In this document: positions 35,201 through 47,749 of the stretch, in pieces
Layout: each line of letters begins with the position of its first letter
Numbering within the stretch: the first letter of the stretch is position 1
NCBI GenBank assembly: GCA_964016885.1
Contig: OZ024744.1
Span: 131,440,001-131,504,000, forward strand
Source: Eledone cirrhosa
Lineage: Eukaryota
DNA: 64,000 bases
Direction of reading: 5' to 3'
Program-made: the position numbers and the translations under genes
Notes under the pieces: model-generated
What the model saw: only the letters and a program-made list of their open reading frames with translations
Told to the model about the DNA's origin: nothing
The model's database searches: none

Positions 35201-38026
35201 GTTGGGGCTAAGTTAAATGGGGCTAAGTTAAGTTGGGGCTAAGTTAAGTTGGGGTTCAGTTAAGTTGGGGTTAAGTTAAGTTTGGGTTAAGTTGGGGTTA
35301 AATTAAGTTGGGGTTAAGTTAAGTTGGGGTTTAGTTAAGTTGGGGTTAAGTTAAGTTGGGGTTAATTTAAGTTGGGGTTAAGTTAAGTTGGGGTTAAGTT
35401 GGCGTTAAGTTAAGTTGGGGTTGAATTAAGTTGGGGTTGAGTTAATTTAGGGTTAAGTTAAGTTGGGGTTAAGTTAAGTTGGGTTTAAGTTAAGTTGGGG
35501 TTAAATTAAGTTGGGGTTAAATTAAGTTCGGGTTAAGTTAAGTTGGGGGTAAGTTAAGTTGGTGTTAAGTTAAGTTGGGGTTAAGTTAAGTTGGGGTTAA
35601 GTTAAGTTGGGGTCAAGTTAAGTTGGGGTTAAAATTAAGTTGGGGTTAAGTCAAGTTGGGGTTAAGTTAAGTTTGAGTTAATTTAGTTGGGGTTAAGTTA
35701 AGTTGGGGCTAAGTTAAGTTGGGGCTAAGTTAAGTTGGGGCTAACTTAAGTTGGGGTTAAGTTAAGTTGGGGTTAAGTTAAGGTGGGGTTAATTTAAGTT
35801 GGGGTCAACTTAAATTGGGGTTAAGTTAAGTTGGGGTTAAGTTAAGTTGGGGTTAAGTTAAGTTGGGGTTAAGTTAAGTTGGTGTTAAGTTAAGTTGGGC
35901 CTAAGTTAAGTTGGGGCTGAGTTAAGTTGGGGCTGAGTTAAGTTGGGGTTAATTTAAGTTGGGGTTGAGTTAAGTTGGGGTTAAGTTAAGTTGGGGTTAA
36001 GTTAAGTTGGGGTTAAGTTAAGTTGGGGTTGAGTTAAGTTGGGGTTAAGTTAAGTTGGGGTTAAGTTAAGTTGGGGTTCAGTTAAGTTGGGGTTAAGTTA
36101 AGTTGGGGTTAAGATGGGGTTAAATTAAGTTGGGGTTAAGTTAAGTTGGGGTTAAGTTAAGTTGGGGTTAAGTTAAGTTGGGGTTAAGTTAAGTCGGGGT
36201 TAAGTTAAGTCGGGGTTAAGTTAAGTTAGGGTTAAGTTAAGTTGGAGTTAAGTTAAGTTGGGGTTGAGTTAAGTTGGGGTTGAGTTAAATTGGGGTGGAG
36301 TTAAGTTGGGGTTGAGTTAAGTTGGTGTTGAGTTAAGTTGGGGTTAAGTTAAGTTGGGGTTAAGTTAAGTTGCAGTTAAGTTAAGTTGAGGTTAAGTTAA
36401 GTTGGGGTTAAGTTAAGTTGGGGTTAAGTTAAGTTGGGGCTAAGTTAAGTTGGGGCTAAGTTAAGTTGGGGCTAAGTTAAGTTGGGGTTCAGTTAAGTTG
36501 GGGTTAAGTTAAGTTTGGGTTAAGTTAAGTGGTGGTTATGTTAAGTTGGGGTTAAGTTAAGTTGGGGTTAATTTAAATTGGGGTTAAGTTAACTTTGTGG
36601 TTAAGTTAAGTTGGGGTTAAGTTAAGTTGGGGTTAAGTTAAGTTGGGGTTCAGTTAAGTTGCGGTTAAGTTAAGTTGGGGTTAAGTTAAGTTGGGGTTAA
36701 GTTAAGTTGGGGTTAAGTTAAGTTGGGGTCAAGTTAATTTGGGGTTAAGTTAAGTTGGGGTTAAGTTAAGTTGGTTAGTTAAGTTGAGTTTAATTTAAGT
36801 TGGGGTTAATTTAAGTTGGGGCTAAGTTAAGTTGGGGTTAAGTTAAGTTGGGGTTAAGTTAAGTTGGGGTTAAGTTAATTTGGGGTTCAGTTAAGTTGGG
36901 GTTAAGTCAAGTTGGGGTTAATTTGGGGTTAAATTAATCTGGGGTTAAGTTATTGTTGGGGTTAAGTTAAGTTGGGGTTAAGTTAAGTTGGGGTTAAGTT
37001 AAGTTGGGGTTAAGTTAATTTGGGGTTGAGTTAATTTGGGGTTAAGTTAAGTTGGGGTTAAGTTAAGTTGGGTTTAAGTTAAGTTGGGGTTAAATTAAGT
37101 TGGGGTTAAATTAAGTTGGGGTTAAGTTAAGTTGGGGTTAAGTTAAGTTGGGGGCAAGTTAAGTTGGGGTTAAGTTAAGTTGGGGTTAAATTAAGTTGGG
37201 GTTACGTTAAGTTGGTGTTAAGTTAAGTTGGGGTTAATTTAAGTTGGGGTTAATGAAGTTGGGGTTAAGTTAAGTTGGGGTTAAGTTAAGTTGGGGTTAA
37301 TTTAAGTTGGGATTGAGTTAAGTTGGGGTTAAGTTAAGTTGGGGTTATATTAAGTTGAGGTTAAGTTAAGTTGGGGTTAAGTTAAGTTGGGGTTCAGTTA
37401 AGTTGGGGTTAAGTTAAGTTGGGGTTAAGTTAAGTTGGGGTTAAGTTAAGTTGGGGTCAAGTTAAGTTGGGGTTAAGTTAAGTTGGGATTAAGTTAAGTT
37501 GGGGTTAAGTTAAGTTGGGGTTAAGTTAAGTAGGGGTTAAGTTAAGTTGGGGTTAAGTTAAGTTGAGGTTAAGTTAAGTTGGGGTTAAATTAAGTTGGGG
37601 TTAATTTAAGTTGGGGTTAATTTAAGCTGGGGTTAAGTTAAGTTGGGGATAATTTAAGTTGGGGATAAGTTAAGTTGGGATTAAGTTAAGTTGGGTTTAA
37701 GTTAAGTTGGGGTTAAGTTAAGTTGGGGTTAAGTTAAGTTGGTTAGTTAAGTTGAGTTTAAGTTAAGTTGGGGTTAACTTAAGTTGGGGTTAAGTTACGT
37801 TGGGGTTAAGTTAAGTTGGGGTTAAGTTAAGTTGGGGTTCAGTTAAGTTGGGGTTAAATCAAGTTGGGGTTAAGTTGGGGTTAAATTAATTTGGGGTTAA
37901 GTTAAGTTGGGGTTAAGTTAAGTTGGGGTTAAGTTAAGTTGGGGTTAAGTTAAGTTGGGGTTAAGTTAAGTTGGAGTTAAGTTAAGTTTGGGTTGAGTTA
38001 AGTTGGGGTTGAGTTAAATTGGGGTT

Positions 38027-38515
38027 AACTCCAACTTAAGTTAACCCCAACTTAACTTAACCCCAACTTCACTCAACCCCAACTTAACTTAACCCCAACT
38101 TCACTCAACCCCAACTTAACTCAACCCCAACTTAACTTAACCCCAACTTCACTCAACCCCAACTTATCTTAACCCCAACTTCACTCAACCCCAACTTAAC
38201 TCATCCCCAACTTAACTTAACCCCAACTTAACTTAACTCTAACTTAACTTAACCCCGACTTAACTTAACCTCGACTTAACTTAACCCCAACTTAATTTAA
38301 CCCCAACTTAACTTAACCCCAACTTAACTTAACCACAAATTAACTTAACCCCAACTTCAATTAACCCCAACTTAACTTAACCCCAACTTAACTTAACCCC
38401 AACTTAACTTAACCCCAACTTAACTCACACCCAACTTACCTTACCCCCAACTTAACTTAACCCCAACTTGACTTAACCCCAACTTAACTTAACCCCAACT
38501 TAACTTAACCCCAAA
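38027..38515 (-). repeat. Inverted satellite island 10 (subfamily B, 489 bp)
   Basis: Left junction GGGGTT|AACTCCAACTTAAGTTAACCCC, internal ACCTCGAC, right flank AGGCCTAACT. Confidence 0.96.
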
Positions 38516-39722
38516 TTCGGGGTTAAGTTATGTTGGGGTTAAGTTAAGTTAGGCCTAACTTAAGTTGGAGTTAAGTTAAGTTGGGGGTAAGTTAAGTTGG
38601 GGGTAAGTTAAGTTGGGGTTAAGTTAAGTTGGGGTTAAGTTGGGGTTAAGTTAAGTTAGGGTTAAGTTAATTTGGGGTTGAGTTAAGTTGGGGTTAAGTT
38701 AAGTGGTGGTTATGTTAAGTTGGGGTGAAGTTAACTGGGGTTAATTTAAATTGGTGTTAAGTTAACTTTGTGGTTAAGTTAAGTTGGGGTTAAGTTAAGT
38801 TGGGGTTAAGTTAAGTTGGGGTTGAGTTAAGTTGGGGTTGAGTGAAGTTGGGGTTAAGTTAAGTTGGGGTTAATTTAAGTTGAGGTTAAGTTAAATCGGA
38901 GTTAAGTTAAGTTGGGGTTGAGTTAAGTTGGCGTTAATTTAAGTTGGGGCTAAGTTAAGTTGGGGTTAAGTTAAGTTGAGGTTAAGTTAAGTTGGGGTTG
39001 AGTTAAGTTGGGGTTGAGTTAATTTGGGGTTAAGTTAAGTTGGGGTTAAGTTAAGTTGGGTTTAAGTTAAGTTGGGGTTAAATTAAGTTGGGATTAAATT
39101 AAGTTGGGGTTAAGTTAAGTTGGGGGTAAGATAAGTTGGGGGCAAGTTAAGTTGGGGTTAAGTTAAGTTGGGGTTAAATTAAGTTGGGGTTAATTTAAGT
39201 TGGGGTTATATTAAGTCGGGGTTAAGTTAAGTTGGTGTTCATTTAAGTTGGGGTTAAGTTAAGTTTGGGTTAAGTTGGGGTTAAATTAAGTTGGGGTTAA
39301 TTTAAGTTGGGGTTAATTTAAGCTGGGGTTAAGTTAAGTTGGGGATAATTTAAGTTGGGGATAAGTTAAGTTGGGGTTAAGTTAAGTTGGGTTTAAGTTA
39401 AGTTGGGGTTAAGTTAAGTTGGGGTTAAGTTAAGTTGGTTAGTTAAGTTGAGTTTAAGTTAAGTTGGGGTTAACTTAAGTTGGGGTTAAGTTACGTTGGG
39501 GTTAAGTTAAGTTGGGGTTAAGTTAAGTTGGGGTTAAGTTAAGTTGGGGTTAAATCAAGTTGGGGTTAAGTTGGGGTTAAATTAATTTGGGGTTAAGTTA
39601 AGTTGGGGTTAAGTTAAGTTGGGGTTAAGTTAAGTTGGGGTTAAGTTAAGTTGGGGTTAAGTTAAGTTGGAGTTAAGTTAAGTTTGGGTTGAGTTAAGTT
39701 GGGGTTGAGTTAAATTGGGGTT

Positions 39723-40211
39723 AACTCCAACTTAAGTTAACCCCAACTTAACTTAACCCCAACTTCACTCAACCCCAACTTAACTTAACCCCAACTTCAC
39801 TCAACCCCAACTTAACTCAACCCCAACTTAACTTAACCCCAACTTCACTCAACCCCAACTTATCTTAACCCCAACTTCACTCAACCCCAACTTAACTCAT
39901 CCCCAACTTAACTTAACCCCAACTTAACTTAACTCTAACTTAACTTAACCCCGACTTAACTTAACCTCGACTTAACTTAACCCCAACTTAATTTAACCCC
40001 AACTTAAATTAACCCCAACTTAACTTAACCACAAATTAACTTAACCCCAACTTCAATTAACCCCAACTTAACTTAACCCCAACTTAACTTAACCCCAACT
40101 TAACTTAACCCCAACTTAACTCACACCCAACTTACCTTACCCCCAACTTAACTTAACCCCAACTTGACTTAACCCCAACTTAACTTAACCCCAACTTAAC
40201 TTAACCCCAAA
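39723..40211 (-). repeat. Inverted satellite island 11 (subfamily B, 489 bp)
   Basis: Copy of island 10 at offset 1696 with the shared CTCATCCCC and AACTCTAA markers. Confidence 0.96.
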
Positions 40212-42939
40212 TTCGGGGTTAAGTTATGTTGGGGTTAAGTTAAGTTAGGCCTAACTTAAGTTGGAGTTAAGTTAAGTTGGGGGTAAGTTAAGTTGGGGGT
40301 AAGTTAAGTTGGGGTTAAGTTAAGTTGGGGTTAAGTTGGGGTTAAGTTAAGTTAGGGTTAAGTTAATTTGGGGTTGAGTTAAGTTGGGGTTAAGTTAAGT
40401 GGTGGTTATGTTAAGTTGGGGTGAAGTTAACTGGGGTTAATTTAAATTGGTGTTAAGTTAACTTTGTGGTTAAGTTAAGTTGGGGTTAAGTTAAGTTGGG
40501 GTTAAGTTAAGTTGGGGTTGAGTTAAGTTGGGGTTGAGTGAAGTTGGGGTTAAGTTAAGTTGGGGTTAATTTAAGTTGAGGTTAAGTTAAATCGGAGTTA
40601 AGTTAAGTTGGGGTTGAGTTAAGTTGGCGTTAATTTAAGTTGGGGCTAAGTTAAGTTGGGGTTAAGTTAAGTTGAGGTTAAGTTAAGTTGGGGTTGAGTT
40701 AAGTTGGGGTTGAGTTAATTTGGGGTTAAGTTAAGTTGGGGTTAAGTTAAGTTGGGTTTAAGTTAAGTTGATGTTAAATTAAGTTGGGATTAAATTAAGT
40801 TGGGGTTAAGTTAAGTTTGGGGTAAGATAAGTTGGGGGCAAGCTAAGTTGGGGTTAAGTTAAGTTGGGGTTAAATTAAGTTGGGGTTAAGTTAAGTTGGG
40901 GTTATATTAAGTCGGGGTTAAGTTAAGTTGGTGTTCATTTAAGTTGGGGTTAAGTTAAGTTTGGGTTAAGTTGGGGTTAAATTAAGTTGGGGTTAAGTTA
41001 AGTTGGGGTTAAGTTAAGTTGGGGTTAAGTTAAGTTGGGGTTCAGTTAAGTTGGGGTTAAGTTAAGTTGGGGTTAAGATGGGGTTAAATTAAGTTGGGGT
41101 TAAGTTAAGTTGGGGTTAAGTTAAGTTGGGGTTAAGTTAAGTTGGGGTTAAGTTAAGTCGGGGTTAAGTTAAGTCGGGGTTAAGTTAAGTTAGGGTTAAG
41201 TTAAGTTGGAGTTAAGTTAAGTTGGGGTTGAGTTAAGTTGGGGTTGAGTTAAATTGGGGTGGAGTTAAGTTGGGGTTGAGTTAAGTTGGTGTTGAGTTAA
41301 GTTGGGGTTAAGTTAAGTTGGGGTTAAGTTAAGTTGCAGTTAAGTTAAGTTGAGGTTAAGTTAAGTTGGGGTTAAGTTAAGTTGGGGTTAAGTTAAGTTG
41401 GGGCTAAGTTAAGTTGGGGCTAAGTTAAGTTGGGGCTAAGTTAAGTTGGGGTTCAGTTAAGTTGGGGTTAAGTTAAGTTTGGGTTAAGTTGGGGTTAAAT
41501 TAAGTTGGGGTTAAGTTAAGTTGGGGTTTAGTTAAGTTGGGGTTAAGTTAAGTTGGGGTTAAGTTAAGTGGTGGTTATGTTAAGTTGGGGTTAAGTTAAG
41601 TTGGGGTTAATTTAAATTGGGGTTAAGTTAACTTTGTGGTTAAGTTAAGTTGGGGTTAAGTTAAGTTGGGGTTAAGTTAAGTTGGGGTTCAGTTAAGTTG
41701 CGGTTAAGTTAAGTTGGTGTTAAGTTAAGTTGGGGTTAAGTTAAGTTGGGGTTAAGTTAAGTTGGGGTCAAGTTAAGTTGGGGTTAAGTTAAGTTGGGGT
41801 TAAGTTAAGTTGGTTAGTTAAGTTGAGTTTAATTTAAGTTGGGGTTAATTTAAGTTGGGGCTAAGTTAAGTTGGGGTTAAGTTAAGTTGGGGTTAAGTTA
41901 AGTTGGGGTTAAGTTAATTTGGGGTTCAGTTAAGTTGGGGTTAAGTCAAGTTGGGGTTAAGTTGGGGTTAAATTAATCTGGGGTTAAGTTATTGTTGGGG
42001 TTAAGTTAAGTTGGGGTTAAGTTAAGTTGGGGTTAAGTTAAGTTGGGGTTAAGTTAATTTGGGGTTGAGTTAATTTGGGGTTAAGTTAAGTTGGGGTTAA
42101 GTTAAGTTGGGTTTAAGTTAAGTTGGGGTTAAATTAAGTTGGGGTTAAATTAAGTTGGGGTTAAGTTAAGTTGGGGGTAAGTTAAGTTGGGGGCAAGTTA
42201 AGTTGGGGTTAAGTTAAGTTGGGGTTAAATTAAGTTGGGGTTACGTTAAGTTGGTGTTAAGTTAAGTTGGGGTTAATTTAAGTTGGGGTTAATGAAGTTG
42301 GGGTTAAGTTAAGTTGGGGTTAAGTTAAGTTGGGGTTAATTTAAGTTGGGATTGAGTTAAGTTGGGGTTAAGTTAAGTTGGGTTATATTAAGTTGAGGTT
42401 AAGTTAAGTTGGGGTTAAGTTAAGTTGGGGTTCAGTTAAGTTGCGGTTAAGTTAAGTTGGGGTTAAGTTAAGTTGGGGTTAAGTTAAGTTGGGGTCAAGT
42501 TAAGTTGGGGTTAAGTTAAGTTGGGGTTAAGTTAAGTTGAGGTTAAGTTAAGTTGGAGTTAAATTAAGTTGGGGTTAATTTAAGTTGGGGTTAATTTAAG
42601 CTGGGGTTAAGTTAAGTTGGGGATAATTTAAGTTGGGGATGAGTTAAGTTGGGGTTAAGTTAAGTTGGGTTTACGTTAAGTTGGGGTTAATTTAAGTTGG
42701 GGTTAAGTTACGTTGGGGTTAAGTTAAGTTGGGGTTAAGTTAAGTTGGGGTTCAGTTAAGTTGGGGTTAAATCAAGTTGGGGTTAAGTTGGGGTTAAAGT
42801 AATTTGGGGTTAAGTTAAGTTGGGGTTAAGTTAAGTTGGGGTTAAGTTAAGTTGGGGTTAAGTTAAGTTGGGGTTAAGTTAAGTTGGAGTTAAGTTAAGT
42901 TTGGGTTGAGTTAAGTTGGGGTTGAGTTAAATTGGGGTT

Positions 42940-43268
42940 AACTCCAACTTAAGTTAACCCCAACTTAACTTAACCCCAACTTCACTCAACCCCAACTTAA
43001 CTTAACCCCAACTTCACTCAACCCCAACTTAACTCAACCCCAACTTAACTTAACCCCAACTTCACTCAACCCCAACTTATCTTAACCCCAACTTCACTCA
43101 ACCCCAACTTAACTCAACCCCAACTTAACTTAACCCCAACTTAACTTAACCCTAACTTAACTTAACCCCGACTTAACTTAACCTCGACTTAACTTAACCC
43201 CAACTTAATTTAACCCCAACTTAACTTAACGCCAACTTAACTTAACCACAAATTAACTTAACCCCGAA
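42940..43268 (-). repeat. Inverted satellite island 12 (subfamily B, 329 bp, right junction CCCCGAATTCGGGG)
   Basis: B-type left junction. The 3' part is missing and the right junction is a perfect palindrome. Confidence 0.95.
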
Positions 43269-45106
43269 TTCGGGGTTAAGTTATGTTGGGGTTAAGTTAA
43301 GTTAGGCCTAACTTAAGTTGGAGTTAAGTTAAGTTGGGGGTAAGTTAAGTTGGGGGTAAGTTAAGTTGGGGTTAAGTTAAGTTGGGGTTAAGTTGGGGTT
43401 AAGTTAAGTTAGGGTTAAGTTAAGTTGGGGTTGAGTTAAGTTGGGGTTAAGTTAAGTGGGGTTAATTTAAATTGGTGTTAAGTTAACTTTGTGGTTAAGT
43501 TAAGTTGGGGTTAAGTTAAGTTGGGGTTAAGTTAAGTTGGGGTTGAGTTAAGTTGGGGTTGAGTGAAGATGGGGTTAAGTTAAGTTGGGGTTAATTTAAG
43601 TTGGGGTTAAGTTAAATCGGAGTTAAGTTAAGTTGGGGTTGAGTTAAGTTGGCGTTAATTTAAGTTGGGGCTAAGTTAAGTTGGGGTTAAGTTAAGTTGA
43701 GGTTAAGTTAAGTTGGGCTTGAGTTAAGTTGGGGTTGAGTTAATTTGGGGTTAAGTTAAGTTGGGGTTAAGTTAAGTTGGGTTTAAGTTAAGTTGGGGTT
43801 AAATTAAGTTGGGGTTAAATTAAGTTGGGGTTAAGTTAAGTTGGGGGTAAGATAAGTTGGGGGCAAGTTAAGTTGGGGTTAAGTTAAGTTGGGGTTAAAT
43901 TAAGTTGGGGATAAGTTAAGTTGGGGTTATATTAAGTCGGGGTTAAGTTAAGTTGGTGTTCATTTAAGTTGGGGTTAAGTTAAGTTTGGGTTAAGTTGGG
44001 GTTAAATTAAGTTGGGGTTAAGTTAAGTTGGGGTTAAGTTAAGTTGGGGTTAAGTTAAGTTGGGGTTAAGTTAAGTTGGGGTTAATTTAAGTTGGGGTTA
44101 AGTTAAGTTGCGGGTAATTTAAGTTGGGGTTAAGTTAAGTTGGGGTTAAGTTAAGTTGGGGTTAAGTTAAGTTGGGGTTAAGGTAAGTTGGGGTTAAGTT
44201 AAGTTGGGGCTAAGTTAAGTTGGGGCTGAGTTAAGTTGGGGTTAAGTTAAGTTGGGGTTAAGTTAAGTTGGGGTTAAGTTAAGTTGGGGTTAAGTTAAGT
44301 TGGGGTTGAGTTAAGTCGGGGTTAAGTTAAGTTAGGGTTAAGTTAAGTAGGGGTAAGTTAAGTTGGGGTTCAGTTAAGTTGGGGGCAAGTTAAGTTGGGG
44401 TTAAGATGGGGTTAAATTAAGTTGGGGTTAAGTTAAGTTGGGGTTAAGTTAAATTGGGGTTAAGTTAAGTTGGGGTTAAGTTAAGTCGGGGTTAAGTTAA
44501 GTCGGGGTTAAGTTAAGTTAGGGTTGAGTTAAGTTGAGGTTGATTTAAGTTGGTGTTGAGTTAAGTTGGGGTTAAATTAAGTTGGGGTTAAATTAAGTTG
44601 GGGTTAAGTAAATTTGGGGGTAAGTTAAGTTGGGGGCAAGTTAAGTTGGGGTTAATTAAGTTAGGGTTAAGTTAAGTTGGTGTTAAGTTAAGTTGGGGTT
44701 AATTTAAGTTGGGGTTAATTAAGTTAGGGTTAAGTTAAGTTGGGGTTAAGTTAAGTTGGGGTTAATTTAAGTTGGGGTTGAGTTAAGTTAGGGTTAAGTT
44801 AAGTTGGGGTTTATTAAGTTGGGGTTAAGTTAAGTTGGGGTTAAGTTAAGTTGGGGTTCAGTTAAGTTGCGGTTAAGTTAAGTTGGGGTTAAGTTAAGTT
44901 GGGGTTAAGTTAATTTGGTTAGTTAAGTTGAGTTTAAGTTAAGTTGGGGTTAATTTAAGTTGGGGTTAAGTTAAGTTGGGGTTAAGTTAAGTTGGGGTTA
45001 AGTCAAGTTGGGGTTAAGTTGGGGTTAAATTAATTTGGGGTTAAGTTAAGTTGGGGTTAAGTTAAGTTGGGGTTATGTTAAGTTGGGGTTAAGTTAAGTT
45101 GTGGTT

Positions 45107-45435
45107 AACTCCAACTTCACTCAACCCCACCTTAACTCAACCCCAACTTAACTTAACCCCAACTTCACTCAACCCCAACTTAACTTAACCCCAACTTCAC
45201 TCAACCCCAACTTAAATCAACCCCAACTTAACATAACCCCAACTTAACTTAACCCTAACTTAACTTAACCCCGACTTAACTTAACTTCGACTTAACTTAA
45301 CCCCAACTTAACCTAACCCCAACTTAACTTAACCCCAACTTAACTTAACCACAAAGTAACTTAACCCCAACTTAAATTAACCCCAACTTGACTTAACCCC
45401 AAATTAACTTAACCCCAACTTAACTTAACCCCAAA
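45107..45435 (-). repeat. Inverted satellite island 13 (subfamily A, 329 bp)
   Basis: Shares island 7 markers and is six monomers shorter. Confidence 0.95.
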
Positions 45436-46429
45436 TTCGGGGTTAAGTTAAGTTGGGGTTAAGTTAAGTTAGGCTTAACTTAAGTTGGGGTTAAGTTAAG
45501 TTGGGGGTAAGTTAAGTTCTGGGTAAGTTAAGTTGAGGTTAAGTTAAGTTGGGGTTAAGTTAAGTTGGGGTTGAGTTAAGTTGGGGTTAAGTTAAGTTAG
45601 GGTTAAGTTAAGTTGGGGTCAAGTTAAATTGGGGTTAAAATTAAGTTGGGGTTAAGTCAAGTTGGGGCTAAGTTAAGTTGGGGCTAAGTTAAGTTGGGGC
45701 TACGTTAAGTTGGGGTTAAGTTAAGTTGGGGTTAAGTTAAGTTGGGGTTAATTTAAATTGGGGTTAAGTTAACTTTGTGGTTAAGTTAAGTTGGGGTAAA
45801 GTTAAGTTGGGGTTAAGTTAAGTTGGGGTTGAGTTAAGTTGGGGTTGAGTCAAGTTGGGGTTAAGTTAAGTTGGGGTTAAGTTAAGTTGGCGTTTATTTA
45901 AGTTGGGGTTGAGTTAAGTTGGGGTTGAGTTAATTTAGGGTTAAGTTAAGTTGGGGTTAAGTTAAGTTGTGTTTAAGTTAAGTTGGGGTTAAATTAAGTT
46001 GGGGTTAAGTTAAGTTGGGGGTAAGTTAAGTTGGGGTTAAGTTAAGTTGGGGTTAAGTTAAGTTGGGGTTAAGTTAAGTTGGGGTTAATTTAGTTGGGGT
46101 TAAGTTAAGTTGGGGCTAAGTTAAGTTGGGGCTAAGTTAAGTTGCGGCTAAGTTAAGTTGGGGTTAAGTTAAGTTGGGGTTAAGTTAAGGTGGGGTTAAT
46201 TTAAGTTGGGGTCAACTTAAATTGGGGTTAAGTTAAGTTGGTTAGTTAAGTTGAGTTTAAGTTAAGTTGGGGTTAATTTAAGTTGGGGTTAAGTTAAGTT
46301 GGGGTTAAGTTAAGTTGGGGTTAAGTTAATTTGGGGTTCAGTTAAGTTGGGGTTAAGTCAAGTTGGGGTTAAGTTGGGGTTAAATTAAGTTGGGGTTAAG
46401 TTAATTCGTGGTTAAGTTAAGTTGGGGTT

Positions 46430-46855
46430 AACCCCAACTTCACTCAACCCCACCTTAACTCAACCCCAACTTAACTTAACCCCAACTTCACTCAACCCCA
46501 ACTTAACTTAACCCCAACTTCACTCAAACCCCAACTTAACTCAACCCCAACTTAACTTAACCCCAACTTAACTTAACGCTAACTTAACTTAACCCCGACT
46601 TCACTTAACTTCGACTTAACTTAACCCCAACTTAACTTAACCCCAACTTAACTTAACCCCAACTTAACTTAACCACAAATTAACTTAACCCCAACTTAAA
46701 TTAACCCCAACTTAAATTAACCCCAACTTAACTTAACCCCAACTTAACTTAACCCCAACTTAACTCACACCCAACTTAACTTACCCCCAACTTAACTTAA
46801 CCCCAACTTGACTTAACCCCAACTTAACTTAACCCCAACTTAACTTAACCCCAAA
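46430..46855 (-). repeat. Inverted satellite island 14 (subfamily A, 426 bp)
   Basis: Island-2 type (AACGCTAA, upstream TTCGTGG) with a 1-bp insertion CTCAAACCCC. Confidence 0.95.
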
Positions 46856-47749
46856 TTCGGGGTTAAGTTAAGTTGGGGTTAAGTTAAGTTAGGCTTAACT
46901 TAAGTTGGGGTTAAGTTAAGTTGGGGGTAAGTTAAGTTCTGGGTAAGTTAATTTGGGGTTAAGTTAAGTTGGGGTTAAGTTGGGGTTAAGTTAAGTTAGG
47001 GTTAAGTTAAGTTGGGGTTGAGTTAAGTTGGGGTTAAGTTAAGTTGGGGTTAAGTTAAGTTGGGGTCAAGTTAAGTTGGGGTTAAAATTAAGTTGGGGTT
47101 AAGTCAAGTTGGGGTTAAGTTAAGTTGGGGTTAATTTAGTTGGGGTTAAGTTAAGTTGGGGCTAAGATAAGTTGGGGCTAAGTTAAGTTGGGGCTAAGTT
47201 AAGTTGGGGTTAAGTTAAGTTAGGGTTAAGTTAAGTTGGGGTTAATTTAAATTGGGGTTAAGTTAACTTTGTGGCTAAGTTAAGTTGGGGTTAAGTTAAG
47301 TTGGGGTTAAGTTAAGTTGGGGTTGAGTTAAGTTGGGGTTGAGTGAAGTTGGGGTTAAGTTACGTTGGGGTTAAGTTAAGTTGGCGTTAAGTTAAGTTGG
47401 GGTTGAGTTAAGTTGGCGTTGAGTTAATTTAGGGTTAAGTTAAGTTGGGGTAAAGTTAAGTTGTGTTTAAGTTAAGTTGGGGTTAAATTAAGTTGGGGTT
47501 AAATTAAGTTGGGGTTAAGTTAAGTTGGGGGAAAGTTAAGTTGGGGTTAAGTTAAGTTGGGGTTAAGTTAAGTTGGGGTTAAGTTAAGTTGGGGTCAAGT
47601 TAATTTGGGGTTAAAATTAAGTTGGGGTTAAATCAAGTTGGGGTTAAGTTAAGTTGGGGTTAATTAAGTTGGGGTTAAGTTAAGTTGGGGCTAAGTTAAG
47701 TTGGGGCTAAGTTAAGTTGGGGCTAAGTTAAGTTGGGGTTAAGTTAAGT

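Larger units (their letters stand above)
37581..40996 (+). repeat. Tandem duplication, 1696-bp period (106 x 16), including subfamily B islands
   Basis: AAGCTGG at 37627/39323, islands at 38027/39723, TATATTAAGTC at 39217/40913. Confidence 0.9.
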
